Shown here one piece after another: positions 50,770 to 61,947 of a DNA stretch of 64,000 nucleotides. Origin of the DNA: a bacterium (lineage in GTDB: Bacteria; Electryoneota; JAOADG01); the NCBI GenBank assembly GCA_963681965.1, contig OY820579.1, forward strand, positions 3,808,001-3,872,000. The letters run 5' to 3'. The position numbers and the translations under genes are program-made. Each line of letters starts with the position of its first letter. Position 1 is the first letter of the stretch. A model generated the notes under the pieces. The model saw only the letters and a list, made by a program, of their open reading frames with translations. It made no database searches and was not told where the DNA came from.

Positions 50770-51565
50770 TTCCGTAGGTCAGAACTTGTTCTGACCATTT
50801 CTAGTATCTGTTTTTTTATCTTTTCCTAACACCCAATACCTACCCCCAACTCACTTACAATGCGTCAGGCGCTGCCTGCCGCTTGGGGTGTATGCGATAC
50901 GCCCCTACGGAAAAAATGCAGACTCGGAAATTTGCGACTCACTTCTTTTCCGTAGGTCAGAACTTGTTCTGACCACCTCCTGTGTCTTGTCTTTGGTGGC
51001 GCAGGCCTCCGAGCCTGCGATTCTCTTCTTTTCCGTAGGTCAGAACTTGTTCTGACCACCTCCTGTGTCTTGTCTTTGGTGGCGCAGGCCTCCGAGCCTG
51101 CGATTCGCTTCTTTTCCGTAGGTCAGAACTTGTTCTGACCATTTCTGGTATCTGTTTTTTTATCTTTTCCTAACACCCAATACCTACCCCCAACTCACTT
51201 ACAATGCGTCAGGCGCTGCCTGCCGCTTGGGGCGTATGCGATACGCCCCTACGGAAAAGATGCAGACTCGGAAATTTGCGACTCACTTCTTTTCCGTAGG
51301 TCAGAACTTGTTCTGACCATTTCTAGTATCTGATTTTTTATCTTTTCGCACCACCCAACCCCTACTCTCCATCTTCCATACACGGCGTCAGGCGCTGCCT
51401 GCCGCTTGGGCGTGCCATACGCCCCTACTGTGGCTGAAGCACCAGACACGGGCGGTTCGCGAACCGCCCCTACCTTATGATACAAGATTCAAGAAGAAAA
51501 AAACGCAGGCTAATGCCTGCGGCTACAAAGAAAACAGGAAGCGGACTAAAGTCCGCCGCTACCAA
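50770..51565. repeat. REP-like composite array with internal duplications
   Basis: CTTTTCCGTAGGTCAGAACTTGTTCTGACCA occurs five times; 50770-50980 is repeated at ~51110-51320. Confidence 0.88.
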
Positions 51566-51589
51566 TAAAACCCAGAGATCATTCCCGAC

Positions 51590-53767
51590 TTACACCACAA
51601 TGCGGTAGACGACTTTCAACAATACGGTCGCATCGCGATTCGCCCAGCGCTCCATCGTGTTGCGGCGATGATTGTATGCGAGATAAATATCGCTGCCCAA
51701 CTGCGGCATCCAATGCAACCGGTAATTCACGATCAGATCGTTGTCCTGATTGTTCCATTGCGAATAAATTGCTGCCTGTAGCAACGTCGTAAACGAATAA
51801 TTGAGATCGAGCCCAAGCGAGGTCGCAATCGCGCGATCCGCACCGATCCGGATATCGTACCGGTCGATGTCGGTTGCCATAATGAAATGATTGTTCCACT
51901 GAGCTGCAGTATGTAGATAGAATTCGCGCTGTTGACCGGTATAGTAGCCACTTAACGAATACCGCGCATACCCATAATAATCGCGGCTGTGACTGGTACC
52001 GATTTCAATCTGGTGATCGGTGAAATTGTAATCCCCCTGCTTGATGACGACGTCGCTCGCAACCGGAAAATCGTAATCGATCCGGTCGAATGTCGATGTC
52101 GCCGTATAGCCGAAATAATCGCCGGAGGTGGTCGTGATCCCGACCGGCGAAAACGAGTATTTACGCGATGTCAGCCGGTTATCGATATCGGTGACATATT
52201 CCATCGCCATCGGGACGACGGTAATATTGTCGATGCCGTGGCTGCGCGGATAAAAGCGATAGGTCAGATTGGCGGCGCCAAACGTGCCGGGGCGCGTGAC
52301 ATATCCCAATTCCGGATTGAAGTTGCGCTCGATTTTACTGATCCCGATGCGCGCATTCAGTTTCGGATTGGGATATGCGATAAACGAATAGAACGAGCGA
52401 TTCAAGCGATTGGGCAACTCCGGTGTCGTCGTTTCGGTGTAGGAACTGCCGATCATCAGCATATTGCGACCGATCAGATTGGGAAACTGAAACAGCGCAT
52501 CGCCGCCATAGGTGCGGCTCGCGCGATTCGTCTGCTCCTTGTCGGTGGCGATCATTCCGAAATACGACGATCCGAAAATATTGCGCTTCAATCGCAGTAC
52601 CGAAAAATTCGTTGTCGGAATATTGTCGACTTTATCGGTCTGCATTGAAAATGCACCGACATCGAAACTCCCGACGGTACCGACTACCCGCGCACCGCCG
52701 ATAATCGGTACCGTTTTCCCGCGCGCAATGCCAATTCGACGACTGTAAAACATACTCGCTGTGGTGGGAGTGAGATATGAGAATGTACCGGCACTTTCGA
52801 GAAAGAATTCGCGCCGCTCATTATTGAAAATCGGGTAGCGGGTGAGATTGATGACGGTGCGATCCTCTTCGATCTGCGCATAATCGGGATTGACGGTCAG
52901 ATCGAGTGTCAACGAAGACGTGAGCGGCGCTTTCAAATCGAATCCGGTTTTAGTCAATGTGGTGTTGTGTCCATCGAACGACTCGTAGGGATTCTGAATC
53001 GGATATTGCCGCGTGATTCCGGCAACACCGAACGGTTTGATTTCAATGTTGCTGCCACGATGAATATTCTTTAGACCGCGCAATTCACCATTCTTCGAGA
53101 CCATCGTCGCTTCGGTCAGTCGCGGGATCGGTGCCCAGAAAGCGAATTCGCGACGACGCTGCACGTCACGCTCGAAATTAACTCCCCAGACCTGAATCGA
53201 ATCGTCGGTGAACCGCAACGATGAAAAGGGAATCTCCATTTCGATATACCAGCCATGTGCATCTTTGGTCGATCGGACATCCCAGACGCCATTCCAAGTC
53301 GGATTGAAGTTATTGCCGTCATTCGACGCCATCGCATCGTACCGCGCGCCATTGGCATTGGTGCCGAAGTAGTAGCAATTGCGGTGATCGTGATAGGTAT
53401 CGAGCGAGATCACAAAACAATCTTCGGCACTGGCATCGAAATCGCGTTCCATGCGGTAGCCGACGACCTGCTCGGGGTGCGTGTCGAAACACCAGGCGCC
53501 GACAAATAGCGCACTGGCGGTATAGATCAAGCGCACTTCGGTTCGCTCGGTTTCCGGTTTGTAATCGTCCGGCTCGCGTTGGATGAAATCGATCGCTGGT
53601 GCGGCAAGTTGCCATTCCGATTCATCTAGTCGTCCATCCAATTTCGGTGCATGATCGACCCGAACGGCAGTGACCACCTTCGGGCAGGTTCCCGCGAGGA
53701 GCGGTTGTGCGAAAATCGTGCTGAACAGGAATAGGGCGATCGGTGCGTAACCGCTGCGGAAATTCAT
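51590..53767 (-). CDS. CBM9-like domain plus DUF5916-type outer-membrane protein
   Basis: Start MNFRSG (GGAGG); P.LDG.LDE..W, W..EMEIPFSSLRF, LDLTVNPDYAQIE, ERREFFLE, FYSRRIG. Confidence 0.85.
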   Translation of the reverse strand: MNFRSGYAPIALFLFSTIFAQPLLAGTCPKVVTAVRVDHAPKLDGRLDESEWQLAAPAIDFIQREPDDYKPETERTEVRLIYTASALFVGAWCFDTHPEQVVGYRMERDFDASAEDCFVISLDTYHDHRNCYYFGTNANGARYDAMASNDGNNFNPTWNGVWDVRSTKDAHGWYIEMEIPFSSLRFTDDSIQVWGVNFERDVQRRREFAFWAPIPRLTEATMVSKNGELRGLKNIHRGSNIEIKPFGVAGITRQYPIQNPYESFDGHNTTLTKTGFDLKAPLTSSLTLDLTVNPDYAQIEEDRTVINLTRYPIFNNERREFFLESAGTFSYLTPTTASMFYSRRIGIARGKTVPIIGGARVVGTVGSFDVGAFSMQTDKVDNIPTTNFSVLRLKRNIFGSSYFGMIATDKEQTNRASRTYGGDALFQFPNLIGRNMLMIGSSYTETTTPELPNRLNRSFYSFIAYPNPKLNARIGISKIERNFNPELGYVTRPGTFGAANLTYRFYPRSHGIDNITVVPMAMEYVTDIDNRLTSRKYSFSPVGITTTSGDYFGYTATSTFDRIDYDFPVASDVVIKQGDYNFTDHQIEIGTSHSRDYYGYARYSLSGYYTGQQREFYLHTAAQWNNHFIMATDIDRYDIRIGADRAIATSLGLDLNYSFTTLLQAAIYSQWNNQDNDLIVNYRLHWMPQLGSDIYLAYNHRRNTMERWANRDATVLLKVVYRIVV

Positions 53768-53949
53768 CTCTCCTCCGGAATCGTAGTGTGATGAAAGATA
53801 GGAAGGGAATAATTCGCGAGACAGATTTGGGATTTTTTCATTTCTGGACAAATGCATCATTCTGCGACACCGGAGTGCAAATTTGAACGCTGGACCGGAT
53901 TTTCGGGTGGATTCTGTTTCAATTTGCGACACTGTTTAGGGGAGCCATT

Positions 53950-54865
53950 TTGGTAGCGGCGGACTTTAGTTCGCGTATTTGTCCAATGTAACCGTAGGCT
54001 TCAGCCTGCGTATTTTTTTCGTAGGGGCGTATGGCATACGCCCAAGCGGCAGGCAGCGCCTGACGTATAAGTGGTAGGGAATAGGTGGTCTGTGGTGAGA
54101 AAAGAGAAAAAAGAATGCCGATTCGGAGATCGGCAGTACTGCCCAACTCCGATTGGGCATTTTTTTCTATCGCGGATGAATGATATGACAGATACAAGAA
54201 CGGGGGCATGCGGGGATGTTCCCCTACTCAGGATACAGGATACATAAAACAGGATACAAGAACGGGCGGGCGCGGGGAACCGCCCCTACTCAGGATACAG
54301 GATACATAAACAGGATACAAGAACTGGCGGGCGCAGGGACCCGCCCCTACTATAGGATTCAAGATAAAAAGATACAAGAAATGGTCAGAACAAGTTCTGA
54401 CCTACGGAAAAAAAGTGAATCGCAGGCTCGGAGGTCTGCGATTTTTTTTTCGTAGGGGCGTATGGCATACGCCCAAGCGGCAGGCAGCGCCTGACGTATA
54501 AAACAGGTGGTAGGGAATAGGTGGTGGGTGGTGAGAAAAGAGAAAAAAGAATGCCGATTCGGAGATCGGCAGTACTGCCCAACTCCGATTGGGCATTTTT
54601 TTCTATCGCGGATGAATGATGTGACAGATACCAGAACGGGGGCATGCGGGGATGTTCCCCTACTCAGGATACAGGATACATAAAACAGGATACAAGAACG
54701 GGCGGGCGCGGGGACCCGCCCCTACTATAGGATTCAAGATAGAAAGATACAAGAAATGGTCAGAACAAGTTCTGACCTACGGAAAAAAAGTGAATCGCAG
54801 GCTCGGAGGCCTGCGCCACCAAAGATAAAATAAAAAAAAGGTAGTCGGAATAAATTCCGACATAC
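53950..54865. repeat. REP-like array with a ~431-bp direct duplication and CAGGATA heptamers
   Basis: Units start at 54021 and 54452. Confidence 0.88.
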
Positions 54866-55036
54866 TGAAATAACGCAAATCGCCATTCATTCGTGTGACC
54901 TCGATCATCACAACTGCAGATTTCACCTAACGTCGAACTAGGAATGCGTCAAAATTATGGGTATTTTTAAGTTCAGCTTTTTCTTAGCTTCGAATTGCGC
55001 TGATCCCCGACCCTTTTCTTCATTACGAGGTAATTC

Positions 55037-56653
55037 ATGAAACAACTTTTACTCATTCTGATGCTGGTTATCGTTGCGATTTCCGGCTGTAACAAAGACG
55101 ATACGAATAAACCAACCAATTCATCGCCGGCTGTTCCCTCCAATCCCACACCAGCCGACAGTGCCATCAATCAAGCGACATCGTTGTCGCTGCAATGGAA
55201 TTGTACCGATGCGGACAACGACACGCTGCACTACGATGTCTATTTCGGTACCGACAATCCTCCTGCAACCCGCGTGGCAACTGCGATTACCGCTAGATCG
55301 TTCGCTTGCAACACTCTGGCAACATCGACAACCTACTATTGGAAAGTACTTGCCGACGACGATAACAACACCGTGGTATCGGGTCCCGTGTGGCGCTTCA
55401 CCACCAGTGCGACGGGAATTCCACTGCCAACGGCACCAACCTCGTTGACAGCAACCGTAGTAAGTTCCTCCTCAATCCGGGTCGATTGGACCGACAACGC
55501 CTCCAACGAATCCGGCTTCGTAATCGAGAGTAAAACCGGTGCTGCCGCATTCGCGACCCTCGGAACGGTCGGCAGCAATATCGTCACCTATACTGCCACC
55601 GGATTGCAGCCATCGACGCTGTACTATTTCCGGGTCAAAGCCCAGAACTCGACCGGTAGCTCCGGCTATTCCAACGAAGCAAGTGCCACCACCAGTGCCG
55701 GTAGCGGCAACATCATCAGCGGTAAGATTTTCAAATTGGCGGACTCGACCGGATTGGCAGGCGCGACGGTTCAGAACCAGACGAGTGTCAGTACGACCAC
55801 CGACGCCAATGGTAACTATTCACTATCGGTTCCCGTCGGCGTGAATACGGTGACGGCATCGAAGAGTGGTTACGTTACCGCGCAGGCGATCTGTTTCGTC
55901 ACCACCAATCAGACGACGAATCAGAATATCTTCCTCGCCGCGACCGGAGCTGCCGCCGGGACGGTATCGGGCGTCGTCAGCAGCGCCATCAATGGCTCCG
56001 TAATTGCCAACGCGAAAGTGATTCTGGAAGGCGGCGATTCGGTGACAACGAATAGCAGCGGTCAATACACGATCACGGTCGCTGCCGGTACACACGGTCT
56101 GCGCGCTCGCGCAACCGGATATGTCGAAAGCAACACCACTATTTTGCGGGTCATGTCGGGTCAGACGACGACTTGGAATTTCCAGCTATCACCAGTGATG
56201 GCAGCCTCCGGTCGGATGCGGTTTGTCTTGTCGTGGAGTTCCAATCCGCGCGATCTCGACAGTTATTTAAAGACCCCGACGACATACAACACCGATGGTG
56301 AAGTTTATTACGGAGCCAAAGGCGACTCCATAAATTCACCGTGGGTACGCCTGGACAACGACGTGCAGAACGGCAATGGTCCGGAAACGATCACGGTCTA
56401 TCAATGGACGACGGGTACTTACAAATATTTCATCCATCAATGGTCGTCCGACAGCACGCTGACCGGCAGCCGGGCAGTAGTGAATATTTACGGTACGACC
56501 GGTTTGCTCCAGCAGCTCAATGTGCCGACAGGCGGCGGCACCGAGCGCTACTGGTACGTCTGCGATATCAACGGCAGTACCGGTGCGATCACGATCGTCA
56601 ATCGACTGGTTGCTGCTTCGCCGGGATCGACGGCATCGAAAAAAGCGAAGTAA
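55037..56653 (+). CDS. Lipoprotein with FN3, carboxypeptidase-regulatory-like and YfaP-like domains
   Basis: Lipobox ISGC; YDVYFGT, WTDNASNESGF, LSW...RDLDS, LDND...GNGPETI. Confidence 0.85.
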   Translation: MKQLLLILMLVIVAISGCNKDDTNKPTNSSPAVPSNPTPADSAINQATSLSLQWNCTDADNDTLHYDVYFGTDNPPATRVATAITARSFACNTLATSTTYYWKVLADDDNNTVVSGPVWRFTTSATGIPLPTAPTSLTATVVSSSSIRVDWTDNASNESGFVIESKTGAAAFATLGTVGSNIVTYTATGLQPSTLYYFRVKAQNSTGSSGYSNEASATTSAGSGNIISGKIFKLADSTGLAGATVQNQTSVSTTTDANGNYSLSVPVGVNTVTASKSGYVTAQAICFVTTNQTTNQNIFLAATGAAAGTVSGVVSSAINGSVIANAKVILEGGDSVTTNSSGQYTITVAAGTHGLRARATGYVESNTTILRVMSGQTTTWNFQLSPVMAASGRMRFVLSWSSNPRDLDSYLKTPTTYNTDGEVYYGAKGDSINSPWVRLDNDVQNGNGPETITVYQWTTGTYKYFIHQWSSDSTLTGSRAVVNIYGTTGLLQQLNVPTGGGTERYWYVCDINGSTGAITIVNRLVAASPGSTASKKAK

Positions 56654-56678
56654 TCTGTTCAAAAATATTTGTGATGAC

Positions 56679-56709
56679 AAAAACCCACCGGGAAGCCGGT
56701 GGGTTTTTT
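56679..56709 (+). terminator. Rho-independent terminator
   Basis: AAAAACCCACCGG-GAAG-CCGGTGGGTTTTTTT. Confidence 0.85.
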
Positions 56710-57082
56710 GATGTGCGGGATCGCTTACGTGCTAGGAAGTATCAACAACTTCTCGGAGCAATTCTGGGGGTTGTTGTTTATATTAGAGTAATTGTCGTTT
56801 CAATAAATTTTTGATACAACCGTTTTTTACTTGCATGATGTTGTTGTCTATTTGTATTTTTTATTTCGAAGGTCGATGCGATAACTATGCGTATGTAGCC
56901 GCTTGATAACCGAATGCCCAGCACGAAATGATTTTTTTGACGCTGCTTTTATAACATTCAGAATGTGACTTCAGTGGTGCTATTAACTTATCTGCAAGTG
57001 CACCGACAGTTTCAAGCTCGCCTTTGCGTTAGTACTCGAAAAGTGGGTCTGTGATTTAGTCAGCATACTATAGGGGTACATC

Positions 57083-60000
57083 ATGAATCGATGGAATACG
57101 TTTCTAACGGTAATCACAATTACGATTGTGGTTCAAACTGCTTTATCGCAGACCTTTCCAAAAACATTTGGGTTTACGGGCGACCAGCAGGGTAACGAGA
57201 TTCAACCAACACGCGATGGTGGCTACATAATCGTTGCAGGGAACACCCAAAATGCTGTTGGCGGAGCGGATATCTGGTTAATACGTCTTAACTCATCTTT
57301 TGATACTGTTTGGACTCGAGCAATTGATCTCGGGTATAACGAAGGAAGCAGTTCAATTAAACAGACACAAGACGGTGGGTTTATTCTCTGTGGCGGCATC
57401 AGTTATGGTGGAGTACAAGTCCAAACTTTGCTTGTTAAAACTGATTCTTTAGGAAGAGTACAATGGAATCGTCAGTGGGGTGGATCATATGAAGACGCTT
57501 CAGTCAATGTCCAACTAACACTCGACCACGGATATATCTCTACAGGTTTTACGCGAACTCCAGCTCATCCTGCAATGTTCTACATTTGGAAAACCGATTC
57601 AATGGGAAATGAACAATGGTTAAAACGTTACGGATCGGTTGGATATGAAGAAAATCAGGGGGCTTATGTATGCCAAACTTCAGATGGTAATTACATCGCG
57701 ACAGGATATTTCGGATCTCCTAGTAATCGAGTTGCGCTGATTAAGCTTAACTCAGTAGGAGATACGCTGTGGATTAGAAATTTCGGACTTGGTTTACTCG
57801 GTAACTGGGCAAATGGAATTTGTGTAAAAGAAACTGCTGACCACGGTTACATTTTAAGTGGTTCGACACATACTGGCAGTGGTAATGGTTTTCTCATTAA
57901 AACGGATTCTTTGGGTAATCAACAATGGATAAGATCATATGGAGGTACTGCTGATGAATTCATTACAGGAATCAGGCAACTTCAAGACGGCAATTACTTA
58001 GTTGTAGGTCAAACAACATCTTATGGTTATGGCGGTAGCGATATTTGGCTTTTGAAAATCAATTCAGTTGGTGATACAATTTGGACACGAACGTATGGTG
58101 GTTCTGGTAACGAATCAACCGGAGAGCGCGACTTATCAGTAACATCAGACAGTTGCTATCTGATCGTAGGGACAACAGCATCTTGGGGTGCAGGTGGAAA
58201 TGATGCTCTTTTACTCAAAGTTGATGGTAACGGCAACATCGTGAATCGCTCGATCTCAATCTTTCGACCTATCGGTGGTGAATCCTTCCGAATCGGCACT
58301 ACCGACACAATCCGTTGGTCAAGCTTCGGAATATCGGGAAATGTCAACATCGAGCTAAACCGCAACTATCCTTCAGCATCTTGGGAAACACTTTTTGCTA
58401 ACACAACGAATGACGGTCAGGAAATGTGGAACGTTACAGGTCCCGTCTCTCCAACAGCACGTTTAAGGATACTCTCGGTGAATTATCCAACGATTGCAGA
58501 CACTTCGGATGCAAATTTTAGAATTCATTCCTCAAGCAACTCACCTCAATATTCACTTTCGTTTAACGGCACAAATAGTTACTCAGAAATCTCCACAACT
58601 ATTCTTCCTACTGGTGGGTCTTCACGTTCGATTGAACTTTGGGTCAAGACTGATCAAACAAGCCACAACGGATATGGGTTTAATCCTATAGTTAGTTATG
58701 GTATCCAGTCAGCTGGACAAGCCATGATGATTGGAATCGATTATGGTAATCTCGTGCTTTCTTGGACTGGTTATGATTATCGTCCTGGATTCTTTTTAGC
58801 TGATGGTCGATGGCACTTCGTATGTGCTACATATCAAAGTGGTATTTCATATTTATACGTTGATGGAGCGCTTATTGGGTCTGTATCTCGAACGATAAAT
58901 ACGGTGTCATCACCACTTCGATTGGGGGCAGATGTCGCTCTTTACCAAACGAATTTCAACGGGCTAATTGATGAAGTAAGAATATGGAATACACTCAGGT
59001 CGATTTCAGATATTCAGAATGACATGTATGCCAATCTTACTGGAGTTGAAACGGGACTTTTGGGTTCTTGGCGACTTAATGAAGGTGCAGGAACGACTAT
59101 CTATAACGACGTACAAAATGGAGCTTTAGGTGTTACTTACAATACGACTTGGTCATCGAACTTCCCATCGAAACTAACACTGACTCGACCCAATGGCGGC
59201 GAATCCTTCCGCATCGGCACACAAGACACAATCCGTTGGTCAAGCTTCGGAATATCGGGAAATGTCAACATCGAACTGAACCGCAACTATCCTTCAGCAT
59301 CTTGGGAAACCCTGTTTGCCAGTACCCCAAATGATGGTCAAGAAATGTGGACTGTTGCTGGTCCTGTCTCTTCTACAACACGTTTACGAATACTCTCGGT
59401 GAATTATCCAACGATTGCAGACACATCAAATGCGAATTTTCGCATCCATTCGATGGGTAGTGTCAATACATCTTCGTTATCATTTAACGGTACTAACAAT
59501 TCTGTAGAAATTGTAAATCCAAATTTACCAATTGGTAATTCTCCTAGAACAGTCGAATTTTGGATGAAGTCAAACCAGCTAAATGCAGCTACTATCCTGC
59601 TTTGGGGAACAGGAGGAAATTCACAGTTATTTGGAATTAACGTAGGCGGAGGATTGAATGGTTTTGGTGCTGGGACAATCGTTTTCTGGGGATTTTTCAA
59701 TGATTATGGATCTCCTTTGTTTATTGCTGATAGTGCTTGGCACCATGTTGCTGTTACTTATGATGGGGTAAGTCTTAGAATAATTGTCGATAATGTCGCT
59801 GACACACCGACTGTTCGTGCATTAAACACTGGCGCGTCCTCATTAGTAATCGGAGCAGATGCTCCAGGAAATACAGGTTATCGCGGTAAGATATCTGAAT
59901 TACGAATTTGGAATTATGCTCGGACATTACCTCAAATCCAATCCGCAATGTATTCTTCTCTTACCGGAACTGAAACCGGACTCGTCGGATTGTGGCGCCT

Positions 60001-61687
60001 CAATGAAGGATCCGGAACAACCGCCTTCAACGATGTCCCCGGTAGTGCAAATGGCACAATTAACGGGGCTGCCTGGAGTACCGATGTTCCAACTCCTCCT
60101 TCATTTCATCTCACTCGTCCCAATGGTGGAGAAACCTTTGTATTGGGGGTTCCCGATACCATCCGTTGGTCATCCGTTGGCTTGTCGGGAAACGTCACGA
60201 TCAAACTAAATCGAAGTTATCCGAATGGTGCATGGACTACATTAAATACCACCACACCAGTTTCACAGGGTTATCTGGTCTGGACACCCACCGCGCCACC
60301 GACAAGCAGTTCGCGGATAGCGATTATTCCGCAAGGTGACTCGACAAAAGCCGATACTTCGGATGCCAATTTTACCAGCCAGAATAAACTAATCGTCCTT
60401 TCCCATGAGTATGGCGGTGAAGTGATACCACTTGGCGTATCCGATACGATCCGGTGGACATCGAATTACGCAACGAACATTTCTATTTCGATCAGCCGCA
60501 ATGGCATGACGTACGATTCACTTTCTCCCATCGTCGAGAACCTGAATGTAACTGCTGGAAACGGTTCGTTCATCTGGACACCACTGGGTACCGGTTCGAC
60601 TGTCGCTCGCATCTATATCATCGACAACACCTATTTTAACGAGTACTGGTCAACGAACAGCTTTGCTCTAGTGTCTCCTATATTGTCGGTGCGTGGTTCG
60701 CCAGTCAGCTTTGCGGGTACGAAGCCACATCAAACCGATTCGCTGCTGATCAGTATCAAACAATTGCAAGGGCAATCTTTCACCTATTTAACCGTGACTG
60801 GTTCCAACAGTGGAATATTCACCAGACGAATCGTCGACACCGATTCCAATACGCTGGCAGGCGATTCTCTGAAGATCTGGGTCAAGTTCACACCTGATAG
60901 CATTCTGACTTATCGCGACACACTCCGGTTGACTATTCAAACACCATACCAACCGTTAACAATCCCACTTACCGGCCTCGGTCTAGGAACATACATCTAT
61001 CCTCATGCAACGACGTTGATCTTCCCCAATCAAATTGAACCGACCCGACGTGACTCGCTATCGTTAATACTGAATGTACAAGGTAATCGAACTTTGGCGA
61101 ATGGAACCTGGATCACAATTCCATCGGGATTACCATTCAGTTCACCGGTATTGTCAAATGTTCCATTCGGTCAGAATGATACCGTCAAAGTATACTTCAA
61201 TCCCTCTGCACAAGGAACCTACAGTGGCATAATAGGATTAGTATCGAATGCAGTGAATGCCGATACGATTAAAATCACTGTTTCAGGTACTTCGCATTAC
61301 GTTCCTGCGGCACCGGGTCATTTGGTGGTAACGACCCTTGGTGAAAACGCAAATCTGACTTGGAATGTGGTCGATACTTCCCTGGGTGGTGTCCCATTGT
61401 CCGTCCAACGATATTTAGTTTATTTCCGAAGTCAGACAACCTATCCGTGGGAATTCCTTGCTGGTACAATCGGAGCAACAGCGACGTCCCATACCCATTC
61501 ATTAGTAGTTACTCATAGCCCTTCAATGTATTATCAAGTAACAGCATGGCTAGGTACTGGATCAACAGATTCTTTTGATCGAATCATTCGCTCAATTCCG
61601 GTTGGGACACCAAAAGAAGAAGTGGAACGACAGTTGTCAATCATTGATGGAATGCAATCGGAAGCTAATGAAATAGAATTAAAGTAG
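57083..61687 (+). CDS. Large secreted modular protein: propeller-type repeats, two LamG domains, 'PNGGE' Ig-like modules, ASH-like domains, C-terminal FN3-like domain
   Basis: 1534 aa; G.GG.DIWL.K.....G...W...YGG repeats; DGRWHFV...FNGLIDEVRIWN; W.LNEG.GT. Confidence 0.85.
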   Translation: MNRWNTFLTVITITIVVQTALSQTFPKTFGFTGDQQGNEIQPTRDGGYIIVAGNTQNAVGGADIWLIRLNSSFDTVWTRAIDLGYNEGSSSIKQTQDGGFILCGGISYGGVQVQTLLVKTDSLGRVQWNRQWGGSYEDASVNVQLTLDHGYISTGFTRTPAHPAMFYIWKTDSMGNEQWLKRYGSVGYEENQGAYVCQTSDGNYIATGYFGSPSNRVALIKLNSVGDTLWIRNFGLGLLGNWANGICVKETADHGYILSGSTHTGSGNGFLIKTDSLGNQQWIRSYGGTADEFITGIRQLQDGNYLVVGQTTSYGYGGSDIWLLKINSVGDTIWTRTYGGSGNESTGERDLSVTSDSCYLIVGTTASWGAGGNDALLLKVDGNGNIVNRSISIFRPIGGESFRIGTTDTIRWSSFGISGNVNIELNRNYPSASWETLFANTTNDGQEMWNVTGPVSPTARLRILSVNYPTIADTSDANFRIHSSSNSPQYSLSFNGTNSYSEISTTILPTGGSSRSIELWVKTDQTSHNGYGFNPIVSYGIQSAGQAMMIGIDYGNLVLSWTGYDYRPGFFLADGRWHFVCATYQSGISYLYVDGALIGSVSRTINTVSSPLRLGADVALYQTNFNGLIDEVRIWNTLRSISDIQNDMYANLTGVETGLLGSWRLNEGAGTTIYNDVQNGALGVTYNTTWSSNFPSKLTLTRPNGGESFRIGTQDTIRWSSFGISGNVNIELNRNYPSASWETLFASTPNDGQEMWTVAGPVSSTTRLRILSVNYPTIADTSNANFRIHSMGSVNTSSLSFNGTNNSVEIVNPNLPIGNSPRTVEFWMKSNQLNAATILLWGTGGNSQLFGINVGGGLNGFGAGTIVFWGFFNDYGSPLFIADSAWHHVAVTYDGVSLRIIVDNVADTPTVRALNTGASSLVIGADAPGNTGYRGKISELRIWNYARTLPQIQSAMYSSLTGTETGLVGLWRLNEGSGTTAFNDVPGSANGTINGAAWSTDVPTPPSFHLTRPNGGETFVLGVPDTIRWSSVGLSGNVTIKLNRSYPNGAWTTLNTTTPVSQGYLVWTPTAPPTSSSRIAIIPQGDSTKADTSDANFTSQNKLIVLSHEYGGEVIPLGVSDTIRWTSNYATNISISISRNGMTYDSLSPIVENLNVTAGNGSFIWTPLGTGSTVARIYIIDNTYFNEYWSTNSFALVSPILSVRGSPVSFAGTKPHQTDSLLISIKQLQGQSFTYLTVTGSNSGIFTRRIVDTDSNTLAGDSLKIWVKFTPDSILTYRDTLRLTIQTPYQPLTIPLTGLGLGTYIYPHATTLIFPNQIEPTRRDSLSLILNVQGNRTLANGTWITIPSGLPFSSPVLSNVPFGQNDTVKVYFNPSAQGTYSGIIGLVSNAVNADTIKITVSGTSHYVPAAPGHLVVTTLGENANLTWNVVDTSLGGVPLSVQRYLVYFRSQTTYPWEFLAGTIGATATSHTHSLVVTHSPSMYYQVTAWLGTGSTDSFDRIIRSIPVGTPKEEVERQLSIIDGMQSEANEIELK

Positions 61688-61947
61688 CCATTCTAAACAC
61701 TTGTAGATCTTCTCAAGATCCTTAAGGGAATTCTCTAGTATTACCTTGTTTATTAATATGATTTTATCGGTTCTACTTCTTTGAGACCGCTCCACTTGCC
61801 CGCTTGCAAAAAATTTCGCAAATTTAGGGTTAGTTGAAATAAGACGGTTCACGAATGGCCGGACAGACCGTGGATCCATTCCCGTTATTTTCATTACCCG
61901 ACGCAGCTTGTATCAAGCATGCCAACGCAAGCAAGGAGATTCCAATC

